A stretch of 64,000 nucleotides of DNA from an uncultured Ignavibacteriales bacterium (GTDB lineage: Bacteria; Bacteroidota; Ignavibacteria; Ignavibacteriales; Melioribacteraceae). The translations under genes and the position numbers were made by a program. The stretch spans positions 282,820-346,819 of the forward strand of contig CAVPHW010000020.1 in assembly GCA_963704835.1 (NCBI GenBank). The letters run 5' to 3'. Below the pieces are notes generated by a model, which made no database searches, was not told the origin of the DNA, and saw only the letters and a list, made by a program, of their open reading frames with translations. The stretch's first letter is position 1. The number at the start of each line of letters is the position of its first letter. Below are positions 31,840 to 42,710 of this stretch, piece by piece.

Positions 31840-32346
31840 GTGGAAAAAATGTGGTCGCCTTGGCGTTCAAATTATATTGAATCTTTTAAGAATTCAAACG
31901 AAAAGCTTGGGTGTGTATTTTGTAGTGAAGAAAACTTAGACAGTTCATATGATAATTCTTTGGTCGTTTATAAGGGTAAATATTGTTTTGTTATGCTAAA
32001 TCTTTATCCATATAATAACGGACACTTGATGATTATTCCATACAAACATGTTTCTGAATATGTTGATCTTGATGATGAAGAATTATTAGAAATTAATAAG
32101 ATTACAAAATTGTGTATTGCTGCTTTGAAAAATATATGCGAACCGCAAGGATTTAATTTTGGTGCCAATCTTGGGAAAGCTGCAGGAGCCGGTATTCATG
32201 AACATATTCATTTTCATCTTGTTCCAAGGTGGAATGGGGACACTAATTTTATGCCTGTCTTGGGTGAAGTAAAAATAATAAGCCAAGATTTGCTTGCAAC
32301 CAAAAATAATTTAATCAACGAATTCAAAAAATTTAACATTGTTTAG
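31840..32346 (+). CDS. HIT family hydrolase
   Basis: 168 aa with the histidine triad HEHIHFHLVPRW. An alternative ATG start lies at 31849. Confidence 0.85.
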   Translation: MEKMWSPWRSNYIESFKNSNEKLGCVFCSEENLDSSYDNSLVVYKGKYCFVMLNLYPYNNGHLMIIPYKHVSEYVDLDDEELLEINKITKLCIAALKNICEPQGFNFGANLGKAAGAGIHEHIHFHLVPRWNGDTNFMPVLGEVKIISQDLLATKNNLINEFKKFNIV

Positions 32347-32373
32347 ATTTTATTTTAATGTGATAAGGATATA

Positions 32374-33300
32374 ATGGGCGAAGATAAAAAGTTTGAAAAT
32401 ATAGAACCAGTAAGGGTTGAGTCGCTGGATAAAATTTTGGGTAAGCCATTTAAAGTTCTTGATGATGGATTTGTTAGAGTTGTTGATTATATGGGATCAG
32501 ATCAATCCATTGTTCAAGCAGCAAGAGTTTCTTATGGTGCTGGGACAAAAAAAGTGAGCCAGGATAGGGGATTAATTAGATATCTAATGAGACATCATCA
32601 TTCAACTCCTTTTGAAATGTGTGAGATTAAATTACATGTCCGTGTTCCAATGGACGCATGGCGTCAATGGATAAGACATAGAACCGCAAATGTTAATGAA
32701 TATTCTACACGCTATTCTATTGCAATCGATCAATCACAAAAAACTTCTCCAAATCAATGGCGACTTCAATCAGCTATGAATAAACAGGGAAGTGAAGGTT
32801 ATTTATCAGAAGATATTGGTGCTTCACTTACTGATGAGGAAACCAAATTGCATAATTATATTTGGGGTATCTACAATGCCAGAATTGAAAAAGGTGTCGC
32901 TAGGGAGCAAGCCAGAAAAGATCTTCCGCTCTCAACGTATACGGAGGCTTACTGGAAAATAGATCTACATAATCTTTTCCATTTTTTACGTTTAAGAATG
33001 GATAATCATGCGCAATTGGAAATACGACAATATGCTGAAATGATAGGGAATGAAATAGTTAAAAGATGGGTTCCACTTGCTTGGGAGGCTTTTGAGGATT
33101 ATAGAATGAATTCTAAATCTTTTTCTGGATTGGAAATAGAATTACTAAAACTTATTGCTCAAAATCAAATTAAAGAAGCAAATGATAGAGCTAGTGAAAT
33201 TGGTTGGCTTAAAAAGAAAGATTCTGAACTTGTTAGTAATTTAGAAAGATATGAATTTGAAGAAAAACTTGAATTGCTCAATTTTAAAAAACCGTGGTAG
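32374..33300 (+). CDS. thyX: FAD-dependent thymidylate synthase
   Basis: 308 aa with RHHHSTPFEM and the ThyX motif RHRTANVNEYSTRYS. Confidence 0.92.
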   Translation: MGEDKKFENIEPVRVESLDKILGKPFKVLDDGFVRVVDYMGSDQSIVQAARVSYGAGTKKVSQDRGLIRYLMRHHHSTPFEMCEIKLHVRVPMDAWRQWIRHRTANVNEYSTRYSIAIDQSQKTSPNQWRLQSAMNKQGSEGYLSEDIGASLTDEETKLHNYIWGIYNARIEKGVAREQARKDLPLSTYTEAYWKIDLHNLFHFLRLRMDNHAQLEIRQYAEMIGNEIVKRWVPLAWEAFEDYRMNSKSFSGLEIELLKLIAQNQIKEANDRASEIGWLKKKDSELVSNLERYEFEEKLELLNFKKPW

Positions 33301-33794
33301 AAAACCTTAAATTAAAAAAAATAATTATTGCCGCAATTGCAAAAAATGGAATAATTGGGAAAAAGGGAAAAATTCCATGGAGCTCAAAAGAAGAGCTTAA
33401 ACACTTTAGGGAAACTACGCTCGGCCACCCAATAATTTTTGGTAGAATAACTTTCGATTCCATAAATAAGCCACTAGATAAACGACTTAATATTGTAATT
33501 TCTAAATCTCGTATTTCATCACTCTCCAAACAGAATGTACTTTACTTCGAGTCTATTAAAAAGGCTTATTCTTATTTGAGAAAAAATAATTATGAAAAAG
33601 TATATATATGTGGTGGAAAAAGTATATACAAAGCTGCTGTTAGAAATTCTGATGAAATGATAATCTCTGAAATGAATTTTGAATCAAAAGGTGATACAAA
33701 GTTTCCCAAAATAAATATTAATAATTGGAAATTGACAAAAGTTGAAGAATTTCTAGATTTTAAGGTTTATTACTATATAAGACAAATGATTTAA
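33294..33794 (+). CDS. folA: dihydrofolate reductase
   Basis: 166 aa with IIAAIAKNGIIGKKGKIPW, IFGRITFDSI and ICGGKSIY. The GTG start overlaps the thyX stop. Confidence 0.85.
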   Translation: MVENLKLKKIIIAAIAKNGIIGKKGKIPWSSKEELKHFRETTLGHPIIFGRITFDSINKPLDKRLNIVISKSRISSLSKQNVLYFESIKKAYSYLRKNNYEKVYICGGKSIYKAAVRNSDEMIISEMNFESKGDTKFPKININNWKLTKVEEFLDFKVYYYIRQMI

Positions 33795-33841
33795 GAAATT
33801 GGTATTTTACTTCTTTGAATGTATCATAAATCTGAGCAAAC

Positions 33842-35695
33842 TTGATTAAGATTTTACCAGATAATATTGCTAATAAAATTGCAGCCGGTGAAGTTGTACA
33901 GCGACCCGAATCTGTGCTGAAAGAGCTACTTGAGAATTCTCTAGACGCAAATGCAACCAATATTGATGTTTATATCAAACGTGCCGGAACTGTACTCATT
34001 CAAGTTATTGACGATGGTATTGGTATGAACCAAGAGGATGCTTTGCTTAGCATTGAAAGGCATGCTACAAGTAAGATAAGCTCCTTAGATGATTTGAATA
34101 AAATAATGACTTTCGGTTTCAGAGGTGAAGCGTTAAGTTCAATTGCATCTGTTAGTATTTTTGAGATGAAAACAGAACTGCGAGAAAGTGAATATGGTAC
34201 ATTTATAAAAGTTGAAAACGATGAAGTAAAGATAGAAAAGGGAAGTTTTCCAAAAGGGACATCGATTGCAGTAAAAAATCTTTTTTATAATACTCCAGCT
34301 AGAAGAAATTTCCTTAAATCTTATGCAACTGAATTAAAGCATATTTTTGAAACATTTAAGAAAATAGCTTTAAGCTATCCTAACATTTCTTTCAAGTTGT
34401 GGAATGACGATGACCTAGTTTTTGATTATAAATTGGGCTCTCAAGAAGATAGATTGAAGGAAATATTTGTTGAAAATATACTTGATGGTACAATAAAGGT
34501 TGAGGAACTTACAGATTATATTTCTGTAACTGGCTTTATATCAAAACCAACTTATTTGACCAAAAGCAAAGGCGATCAATATCTCTTTATCAATAGGAGG
34601 TTTGTTAGTAATAAATCAATCAATCATGCTGTATTTAGGGCTTATGATCATTTACTAGAAAAAGGAGATTATCCTTTTTTTGTTCTTTTCTTAGATTTAG
34701 ATCCCCAAAAGGTTGATGTAAATGTACATCCTTCCAAATTAGAAGTTAAATTTGATGATGAGAAAAACGTTTATAATTTTATCAAAGCGGTAGTTAAAAA
34801 AAGTTTAGGTCAATATGATCTTGTCCCTAATATAGAGTTTGGCGAAAATAATGAAAGTTCCACTTTTATAAAAAAGAACTATTCAAATCCAATTTCTCAA
34901 AATGATTTTTCTGAACGACCAAACTTTTTAAGCCAGCAAAATGTAAAGAGAGAAAAGCCTAAAACATACAGTGAGAATGAAATTGATTTATTGTTCAGTT
35001 CTCTAAATAAGGATATTAGAAACTCTATAAATTTATCCGACTCGGATCATCCATTTAATTCAGACTCGTCAAAAGAGATTTATCATATCCCTAATGAAAA
35101 AAAAGAAAGTGAAACGCCAACAAGTGATAGCACATTTGTTGTAGCGCTGCATAATAAGTATATTCTTACTCCAATTAAAACCGGACTAATGATAATTGAT
35201 GCTCACGTTGCACATGAAAGAATTTTATATGAAAAAGCAGTAAATTCATTTGCAGCTAATTTACCTTTTACTCAACAACTGTTATTTTCGCAAACAATTG
35301 AATTAGACCCTGCCGATTACCAACTTGTTAAAGAACTAGAACCTCATTTAACAAAATTGGGTTTTGCTTTAAAGTTTTTTTCAAAAAATGTTCTTGTAAT
35401 TGATGGAGTTCCGTCTGATATTAAAGTTGGTTCCGAGGTTGAAACGTTTCACGGCATTTTGGATGAATATAAAATTAATGAAACAGAAAAACATCTTGAA
35501 TTGAGAGACAATTTAGCCAAATCTTATTCTTGTAAAGCAGCAATTAAAGCAGGGGATAAGTTAACAGAAAGAGAAATGAGAATTTTGGTCGATCAACTTT
35601 TTGCAACAACAATGCCCTATGTTTGTCCGCATGGAAGACCAATAGTTGTTAAAATTCCTCTTTCGGAATTTGATAAAAGATTTGGTAGAACCTAA
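33842..35695 (+). CDS. mutL: DNA mismatch repair protein MutL
   Basis: 617 aa with IAAGEVVQRPESVLKELLENSLDA (GHKL ATPase) and the C-terminal endonuclease-type region ...CPHGRP. Confidence 0.95.
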   Translation: MIKILPDNIANKIAAGEVVQRPESVLKELLENSLDANATNIDVYIKRAGTVLIQVIDDGIGMNQEDALLSIERHATSKISSLDDLNKIMTFGFRGEALSSIASVSIFEMKTELRESEYGTFIKVENDEVKIEKGSFPKGTSIAVKNLFYNTPARRNFLKSYATELKHIFETFKKIALSYPNISFKLWNDDDLVFDYKLGSQEDRLKEIFVENILDGTIKVEELTDYISVTGFISKPTYLTKSKGDQYLFINRRFVSNKSINHAVFRAYDHLLEKGDYPFFVLFLDLDPQKVDVNVHPSKLEVKFDDEKNVYNFIKAVVKKSLGQYDLVPNIEFGENNESSTFIKKNYSNPISQNDFSERPNFLSQQNVKREKPKTYSENEIDLLFSSLNKDIRNSINLSDSDHPFNSDSSKEIYHIPNEKKESETPTSDSTFVVALHNKYILTPIKTGLMIIDAHVAHERILYEKAVNSFAANLPFTQQLLFSQTIELDPADYQLVKELEPHLTKLGFALKFFSKNVLVIDGVPSDIKVGSEVETFHGILDEYKINETEKHLELRDNLAKSYSCKAAIKAGDKLTEREMRILVDQLFATTMPYVCPHGRPIVVKIPLSEFDKRFGRT

Positions 35696-35734
35696 AATTA
35701 GTTTAAATTATCTATAAGTATAAAGGAAATAACA

Positions 35735-37387
35735 TTGAATAATAAATTTGTACAAGCTAAAGAAGAATTCCAAAAAAGTTATGATAATTCTAAGAAGAAT
35801 GACATGAAGTATACTTCTGTTTCTGGAGAAAAAATTGCTCCCCTTTATACACCGGAAGATTTGGATGAAAACAAATTCAATGATGAGATTGGGTTCCCAG
35901 GTCAATATCCTTATACGAGAGGAATTCACCCAACTGGATATAGAGGAAAATTATGGACAATGAGGCAATTTGCCGGTTTTGGTTCTCCGGAAGATACAAA
36001 CGAGAGGTTTAAATATTTACTCGCAAATGGGCAAACTGGGTTATCAGTAGCCTTTGATCTGCCAACATTAATGGGGTATGATTCTGATCATGAATTGAGC
36101 ATAGGTGAAGTTGGAATTTGTGGCGTTGCCATTTCCTCTTTGAAAGATATGGAAATATTATTTGATGGAATACCGCTTGACAAAGTTTCAACATCAATGA
36201 CAATAAATTCTCCTGCCGCAATGGTTTTTGCATTTTACTTGGCAGTAGCAAAAAAGCAAGGAGTTTCGTTTGCTCAGTTACGGGGAACTTTACAGAATGA
36301 TATTTTGAAAGAATATATTGCTCAAAAAGAGTTTATTTATCCTCCTGAACCATCTATGAGAATAATTACAGATATGATTGAGTATTCCACAAATGAAGTT
36401 CCTCAGTTTAATCCGGTTTCTGTAAGTGGTTATCATATTCGCGAAGCTGGTTCCACAGCTGTTCAAGAGCTTGCCTACACTCTTGCTGATGGATTTGCAT
36501 ATATTGAATCGGCTATCGAAAGAGGAATGGATGTAGATGATTTTGCTCCAAGAATATCTTTTTTCTTCAATTCACATTTAGACTTTTTTGAAGAAATTGC
36601 AAAATATAGAGCTGCGAGAAAAATATTTGCAAAGCGAATGAAAGAAAAATATTTAGCTAAGAACCCAAGATCTTGGTGGTTGAGATTTCATACGCAAACC
36701 GCAGGTTGCACATTAACTGCTCAGCAGCCGGAAAACAATATTGTAAGAACAGCTTTTCAAGCCATGGCTGCTGTATTAGGTGGGACTCAATCACTTCATA
36801 CAAATTCTATGGATGAAACACTAGCTTTACCAAGCGAGAAGGCTGTAAAAATTGCCTTAAGAACTCAACAGATTCTTGCTTATGAAACAGGTGTAATCAA
36901 TACAGTTGATCCTTTAGGGGGAAGTTATTTCATTGAATCGTTAACTGATAAAATGGAAAAAGAAGCAGAAAAAATCTTTGCGGAAATAGATTCGTTGGGT
37001 GGAGTTATTCCAGCAATTGAAGTAGGGTATTTCCAAAAAAATATTGCAGATAGTGCTTATCGATATCAGAAAGAGCTTGATAAAAAAGAGAAATTTGTTG
37101 TTGGAGTAAATGAATTTATTGAGAAAGATGAAAAAATAGATATACCAATATTACAAGTTTCCAAGGAAGTTGAAATAAAGCAGAAAGAAAGACTTGCGGA
37201 ATTAAAGGTAACCCGAGATAATGCAAAAGTGATGGAATGCCTAAATGAAATTGATATAGCGGCAAGAAATGGTGAAAACTTAATGCCGATATTTATTAAA
37301 GCCGCTGAAAATTATGTAACACTTGGCGAAATGGTAGAAGTATTGAAAGTTCCTTTTAAAGTTTATCAAGAAACAGCAGTTTTTTAA
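35735..37387 (+). CDS. methylmalonyl-CoA (acyl-CoA) mutase, large catalytic subunit without B12-binding domain
   Basis: 550 aa with [35 protein letters not shown] and HTNSMDE motifs. TTG start. Confidence 0.9.
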   Translation: MNNKFVQAKEEFQKSYDNSKKNDMKYTSVSGEKIAPLYTPEDLDENKFNDEIGFPGQYPYTRGIHPTGYRGKLWTMRQFAGFGSPEDTNERFKYLLANGQTGLSVAFDLPTLMGYDSDHELSIGEVGICGVAISSLKDMEILFDGIPLDKVSTSMTINSPAAMVFAFYLAVAKKQGVSFAQLRGTLQNDILKEYIAQKEFIYPPEPSMRIITDMIEYSTNEVPQFNPVSVSGYHIREAGSTAVQELAYTLADGFAYIESAIERGMDVDDFAPRISFFFNSHLDFFEEIAKYRAARKIFAKRMKEKYLAKNPRSWWLRFHTQTAGCTLTAQQPENNIVRTAFQAMAAVLGGTQSLHTNSMDETLALPSEKAVKIALRTQQILAYETGVINTVDPLGGSYFIESLTDKMEKEAEKIFAEIDSLGGVIPAIEVGYFQKNIADSAYRYQKELDKKEKFVVGVNEFIEKDEKIDIPILQVSKEVEIKQKERLAELKVTRDNAKVMECLNEIDIAARNGENLMPIFIKAAENYVTLGEMVEVLKVPFKVYQETAVF

Positions 37388-37399
37388 TTTAAAATATAT

Positions 37400-37882
37400 A
37401 TGAAAAAAAAATTAATATTTGTGCTCCTTTTAATAGGAATGGCATTCATAAGTTGCTCAACAACTGAGGTTACAAAAACTGAAGAAACGACTAGTAAAGT
37501 TGTACTTAAAAGAGTAAACGAAGTTAAAATTAGTATTGATCAAAATAATTGCTGGATAAATTCAATGCCTGGATCAGAGCCGAAATTTCATATTAGTGGT
37601 AAGTTTTCACTTCTTCCTAATGACAATTATGAAATTGAGAACACCAAATTGTCTTTTATTAAAGTTTACCAAAATGAGAATGAGTTTTACTTTATTAAAC
37701 CTACAGTAGTTGAAAATTTTACAGAGAACATAATGGAAATTACATATTCCACCATAAAAGGGTTATCAGTTAATAAAGATTTGAACAAAAAAAATGAAAT
37801 TGTACTAGAATTAATATTTAAATCAAAAAATGCTGATTTAAAATATTATATAGAGAATGTAAAAATTGAAGAGGTTTTTTAA
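37400..37882 (+). CDS. lipoprotein, function unknown
   Basis: 160 aa with a signal peptide and lipobox, LLLIGMAFISC. Confidence 0.6.
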   Translation: MKKKLIFVLLLIGMAFISCSTTEVTKTEETTSKVVLKRVNEVKISIDQNNCWINSMPGSEPKFHISGKFSLLPNDNYEIENTKLSFIKVYQNENEFYFIKPTVVENFTENIMEITYSTIKGLSVNKDLNKKNEIVLELIFKSKNADLKYYIENVKIEEVF

Positions 37883-37885
37883 ACA

Positions 37886-39121
37886 ATGACTTTAGACATA
37901 TTTGGATTGATAGTTTTACTTTTGCTTAGCGGTTTTTTTTCATCCTCTGAGATAGCTTTTATTGTTGCAAATAAACTTAAGATTGAACTACGTGCCCGGA
38001 AAAAAACCTTAGCCGCAAAATATGCTCAGTTTTTTATAAAAAATCCACAAACATTTTTTTCTACAATACTCATTTCGAATAATATTATTAATATTGCTTT
38101 TGCTTCACTCTTAACAATTCTATTATTAGATATTTATCATTTTAGTGAACCTATAATATTATTAATATCCACAGTACTTTTATTGTTATTCGGGGAGCTT
38201 ATTCCTAAATATATTGCGCGTGAGTTTGCAGACGGGTTAATTTTGGTTTCTGCAATTCCAATTAAAATGCTTTCTATTATTTTAATGCCTTTTGTAAAAC
38301 TGACAGATTCAATTTCCTTATTGATAACCAGGAGAAAGGATATTACTGAAGGAATGGCTGAGATAATGCATAAAGAAGATTTGCATTTTTTATTGGTGGA
38401 GGGTTCAGAAGTTGGCAATGTGGATGAAGAAGATTCAGATATGATAAAAAATATTATTGATTTGGCTGATCAAAAAGTTTATGAAGCTATGACCCCGAGG
38501 ACTGATATTGTAGGTGTTAGTATTGACACTAATATTAAGGATGTGCTAAATGTTTTTATTGTTTCTGGTTATTCTAAATTACCGGTTTATGAAGAAAACC
38601 TTGATAATATTATCGGTGTTGTTAATGTTTATGATATGTTTAAGAATCCGGAAGATTTAAAATCAATTTTACGAGACGCTTTATTTATTCCTGAAACTAA
38701 AAAATGCTTAGATATGCTTAGAGAGTTTTTAGATAATAGGATATTATTTGCCGTGGTTGTTGATGAATTTGGAGGAACTTCTGGAATATTAACTGTTGAA
38801 GATTTGTTTGAGGAAATGTTTGGAGAAATTCGGGATGAATACGATGAAGATCCGGATGTTTGCAAAAAAATAGATGAAAACACATTTGTATTAAGTGGAA
38901 AAATTGAAATAGATTATCTTAATGAAGAATATGATCTAAATATTCCAGAGGGTGATTATGAGACCATTGCAGGTTTTATTTCGGCCTTATCAGGTAAAAT
39001 TCCTCAAAAAGGTGAGAGAATTAAAATAGATGGATTTGATTTTATAATTTTACACTCCTCAAAAATTAAAATTAACCTCATTAAAATGTTTACAATTCCC
39101 AAAATACAAAAAGGCAATTAA
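37886..39121 (+). CDS. CNNM/CorC-family membrane protein (DUF21 + CBS pair + CorC_HlyC)
   Basis: 411 aa with an N-terminal four-TM DUF21, a CBS pair region and a C-terminal transporter-associated domain. Confidence 0.85.
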   Translation: MTLDIFGLIVLLLLSGFFSSSEIAFIVANKLKIELRARKKTLAAKYAQFFIKNPQTFFSTILISNNIINIAFASLLTILLLDIYHFSEPIILLISTVLLLLFGELIPKYIAREFADGLILVSAIPIKMLSIILMPFVKLTDSISLLITRRKDITEGMAEIMHKEDLHFLLVEGSEVGNVDEEDSDMIKNIIDLADQKVYEAMTPRTDIVGVSIDTNIKDVLNVFIVSGYSKLPVYEENLDNIIGVVNVYDMFKNPEDLKSILRDALFIPETKKCLDMLREFLDNRILFAVVVDEFGGTSGILTVEDLFEEMFGEIRDEYDEDPDVCKKIDENTFVLSGKIEIDYLNEEYDLNIPEGDYETIAGFISALSGKIPQKGERIKIDGFDFIILHSSKIKINLIKMFTIPKIQKGN

Positions 39122-39235
39122 TTATTTGCCGAATCCTTTTTCAATAAAAGACATCTAATCTGTAAATTAAATAGCATGATTTTGAAAATTCAAAATTCCT
39201 TTGACTGTTAAGACAATTCATTAAATGAGTAAAAT

Positions 39236-40028
39236 TTGGAATTATTAGGATACATAGCTGCAATTCTTATTGGTATTTCTTTAGGGTTGATTGGAAGCGG
39301 AGGTTCAATTCTAACTGTACCAGCCCTTGTTTATTTAATGAGTGTTGAACCAGTAAATGCAACTGCTTATTCGCTATTTATTGTTGGTTTTACTAGTCTT
39401 GTTGGGTCAATTATTTTACATGCGACAAAAGCTTGTTGATTACAGAACGGGAATTATTTTTGCAATTCCAGCCTTAATCTCTGTTTTCCTCACAAGACTT
39501 TACATATTACCAGCAATTCCAAATGAAATATTTTCGCTTAATGGTTTTGTGCTTTCAAAACAATTGTTTGTTATGCTTTTGTTTGCAATTCTTATGTTCA
39601 TTGCTGCAATATCAATGATAAGAAAAAGAGTTGATGAACAAACATCAAAGAGAAATGAATTAAATTACTTGCTAATCTCACTTGAAGGTTTAGTCATTGG
39701 AATTCTTACAGGTCTTGTTGGTGCAGGCGGAGGATTTCTCATAATACCTGCACTTGTATTATTAGCTAAGTTACCAATGAAAACTGCAATTGGAACCTCT
39801 TTATTAATTATTGCCGCAAAATCCTTAATTGGATTTATTGGTGATATTGGAGCCAAAACAGAACTCGATTGGAATATTTTAATAATTTTTTCACTACTAG
39901 CGATTTTAGGAATATTTGTTGGAAGTTTACTATCAAAATACGTCTCTGGCAAAAAGTTAAAGCCAGCCTTTGGATGGTTTGTACTTGTGATGTCCATCTA
40001 CATACTGGTTAAAGAAATGTTTATATAA
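39236..40028 (+). pseudogene. TauE/SafE sulfite-exporter family protein, one frame break
   Basis: ORF 39236-39439 (GLIGSGGSILTVPALVYL) continues in the +1 frame as ORF 39357-40028 (YMRQKLVDYRTG...GAGGGFLIIPALVLL). The join lies at about 39405-39425, near a T-run. Confidence 0.8.
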
Positions 40029-40047
40029 TAAATATATGGAGAAATGA

Positions 40048-40398
40048 ATGACCTCATTTATATCATCCTTTCTAAAAGGAATGAATAATGTAAAAAATCT
40101 TGGTTCAGATGAATTTGAACAAAACTTATTTGTGGATAAAGCTGCAGTTCTTATTGATGTAAGGACACAGCAGGAATTCTACGATGCAAGAATTCCAAAT
40201 TCTATACTTATGGATTTAATGAATCCTCATTTTAATCAAGAATTAGCAAAACTAGATAAAACGAAAAGTTACTTTCTTTACTGTCGTAGCGGAAACAGAT
40301 CATACTATGCAGCAAAGGAAATGATGAAATTAGGATTTGAAAAAGTTTATAACCTTGCGCCCGGTATCATTGGTTGGAACGGCAAAATTGAAAGATAA
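40048..40398 (+). CDS. single-domain rhodanese sulfurtransferase
   Basis: 116 aa with the active-site loop YCRSGNRS. Confidence 0.85.
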   Translation: MTSFISSFLKGMNNVKNLGSDEFEQNLFVDKAAVLIDVRTQQEFYDARIPNSILMDLMNPHFNQELAKLDKTKSYFLYCRSGNRSYYAAKEMMKLGFEKVYNLAPGIIGWNGKIER

Positions 40399-40414
40399 AT
40401 TTTAAGGAGAAAAA

Positions 40415-41821
40415 ATGTATTTTCAACACATATATGAAGAGGGTTTAGCACAAGCAAGCTATTTTATAGGATGTCAAAAAACGAAAGAAGCAATTGTAAT
40501 TGATCCAAGAAGAGATATTGATGTTTACTTAGAAATAGCAGAGAACAAAAATTTTAATATTACTCACATAACTGAAACTCATATTCATGCTGATTTCTTA
40601 AGTGGCTCTAGAGAACTTGCAGCAGCAACCGATGCGAAAATTTATCTATCAGATGAAGGTGGTAATGATTGGCAATACCAATTTGATCATATTGGTTTGA
40701 AACATGAAGACGTGATAAAAGTTGGCAATATTATAATTAAAGTTTTACATACGCCTGGACACACACCGGAGCATATAAGTTTTTTATTAACTGATACCGT
40801 TAGCAGTAACGAACCAGTTATGATCTTTACAGGTGATTTTGTTTTTGTTGGTGATATTGGAAGACCGGATCTTTTGGAGAAAGCTGCTGGATTATCAGGC
40901 ACTCAAGAAATTGGTGCAAAACAAATGTATGAATCTATTCAGAAGTTTAAAAATATACCTGACCATGTTCAAGTTTGGCCGGGACACGGAGCTGGTTCAG
41001 CATGTGGTAAATCCCTAGGTGCAGTTCCAAGTACAACAGTTGGATATGAAAAATTAGTAAACTGGGCTTTACAAATAAACAGCGAAAAGGAATTTGTTAA
41101 TACTCTATTAGCAGGACAGCCAGAACCGCCTAAATATTTTGCAATGATGAAAAAGCTAAACAAATTTGGACCAAACATTCTTGGTGGAACACCAAGACCA
41201 GCAAAACTCACTCTGCATCAATTTAGAGAAGCTTTAGAGAAGAATATTACAATTGTTGATTCTAGAGATAAACTTTCTTTTGCAGGAGGGCACGTTAGAG
41301 GTTCAATTAATATTCAAGATAATTTGGAGTTTGCAACATGGGCTGGTTGGATGCTAGAATATGACCACCCATTTATATTAATTGGGAATGAAGAAAGAAT
41401 TAATGAAATAACCAAAGCTTTAGTAAGAATTGGAATGGAAAACTTTTACGGTTACGTTTCTGATCTTAACAAATGGGCAAACCAATGCCATGAGCTGGAA
41501 ATTGTTCAACAGATATCAGTTGCTGAATTGAAATCAAAATTAAATATTGAACCGGATACTTATGAAATTATTGATGTAAGGGGATATAGTGATTATAATA
41601 TAAACCATGTGGAAAATTCTAAAAATATTCATGTTGGATATTTAACAGATAATTTGGATAAAATCTCGAAACAGAAAACTACTGTAGTGTATTGCGAATC
41701 TGGAAATAGATCCAGTATTGCTGCTAGTACATTGCTTAAAAATGGAATTAGTAATGTAATCAACTTAACTGGCGGGTTTTCAGCATGGGTAAAAGAAAAT
41801 GAAATTTTAGAAATCGCCTAA
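40415..41821 (+). CDS. persulfide dioxygenase-like MBL-fold protein fused to two rhodanese domains (CstB-like)
   Basis: 468 aa with the MBL motif THIHADFLSG and HTPGHTPEH. Two rhodanese modules follow, and the last carries CESGNRS. Confidence 0.8.
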   Translation: MYFQHIYEEGLAQASYFIGCQKTKEAIVIDPRRDIDVYLEIAENKNFNITHITETHIHADFLSGSRELAAATDAKIYLSDEGGNDWQYQFDHIGLKHEDVIKVGNIIIKVLHTPGHTPEHISFLLTDTVSSNEPVMIFTGDFVFVGDIGRPDLLEKAAGLSGTQEIGAKQMYESIQKFKNIPDHVQVWPGHGAGSACGKSLGAVPSTTVGYEKLVNWALQINSEKEFVNTLLAGQPEPPKYFAMMKKLNKFGPNILGGTPRPAKLTLHQFREALEKNITIVDSRDKLSFAGGHVRGSINIQDNLEFATWAGWMLEYDHPFILIGNEERINEITKALVRIGMENFYGYVSDLNKWANQCHELEIVQQISVAELKSKLNIEPDTYEIIDVRGYSDYNINHVENSKNIHVGYLTDNLDKISKQKTTVVYCESGNRSSIAASTLLKNGISNVINLTGGFSAWVKENEILEIA

Positions 41822-41877
41822 TTAATAGATGCTAAATAGGTATGTATTTTGACAAAAATTATAACGAGAGAGTGTAA

Positions 41878-41916
41878 ATAAAAAAGGCGAATTTAATAAT
41901 TCGCCTTTCAAAAAAA
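41878..41916 (-). terminator. intrinsic terminator (mainly for the minus-strand gene)
   Basis: Hairpin AAGGCGAAT (41884-41892) / ATTCGCCTT (41899-41907), flanked by A/T runs on both sides. Confidence 0.75.
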
Positions 41917-41918
41917 AC

Positions 41919-42710
41919 TTATCTTACAAACTTCCACCAATAGAAGTATTTATCTTCTAGTTCAGATTCAGATGGCATTGGGAAAAATTTCAATTCTTCG
42001 CCTGCGGCAAACCAAAATCCATGTCTTAAAAATTTATATGAGATATCCTTTAAGAGACTACCAAGGCTAATTGTTTTGGTTGTTTTTTCAGGTTTTTCAT
42101 TCAATTCAGTAATACAATCAAAGAATCTATAAGGATTTACACCAGGTAAATCAATGTTAAATATCTCTCTATTTCTATTATTTTCAAAAAAGTGATCAAT
42201 GTTAAAATCGATTTGAGTAAAACAAATTTTTGGTGCCCCTTTGGATTTTGTTTCGGTTGTAATAAATTTACCAAAATCTCTTTGATCTTTATTTGAAGCA
42301 ACTAGAGTTTCCAGAGGAGTGATTTCTTGATAAATACGAATCATGCCCGGCTGGTTGATAGCAGTATATTCAGCTGGCTCAATTGGTAAAACTTTTCCAT
42401 TTCTTGTACATAAAAATAATTTCTTAATAGCAGAAAGATCTATATGTTCTAAAACATTGTATGAACTAATAAACTTAGTTTTTTTAGGTAATCCATCTGT
42501 ATGCGGAACTGTCTGTCTTAAATAATTATCAATGTCAAAAAAATCGTTTCGAAAATTAATATCTAATTCAGCAAAAATCACTTTCCCACTAAAGTGCTTT
42601 GCACTTCCCATGGTATAATGTTCACCAAATTTTTCAGGACCTAATTGAGAAGCAACCAAAGCATTGGTTGGGAAAACTATCATGTATAAATGCTTTTCAA
42701 ATTCTGGCAT
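41919..42710 (-). CDS. hypothetical cytoplasmic protein, no recognised family
   Basis: 263-aa intact ORF with its own terminator. No TM segment, signal peptide or known motif was recognised. Confidence 0.5.
   Translation of the reverse strand: MPEFEKHLYMIVFPTNALVASQLGPEKFGEHYTMGSAKHFSGKVIFAELDINFRNDFFDIDNYLRQTVPHTDGLPKKTKFISSYNVLEHIDLSAIKKLFLCTRNGKVLPIEPAEYTAINQPGMIRIYQEITPLETLVASNKDQRDFGKFITTETKSKGAPKICFTQIDFNIDHFFENNRNREIFNIDLPGVNPYRFFDCITELNEKPEKTTKTISLGSLLKDISYKFLRHGFWFAAGEELKFFPMPSESELEDKYFYWWKFVR

Noticed and set aside
35696-35734. Cobalamin riboswitch ahead of the acyl-CoA mutase
   Set aside because: The spacer is only about 39 nt, which is too short for a B12 element.
39180-39195. 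TTTTGAA-N2-TTCAAAA inverted repeat as an operator of the sulfur cluster
   Set aside because: It is mentioned within the cluster finding but not called as a feature. A 7-nt A/T-only palindrome is expected by chance in this AT-rich intergenic DNA, and no cognate regulator is nearby.
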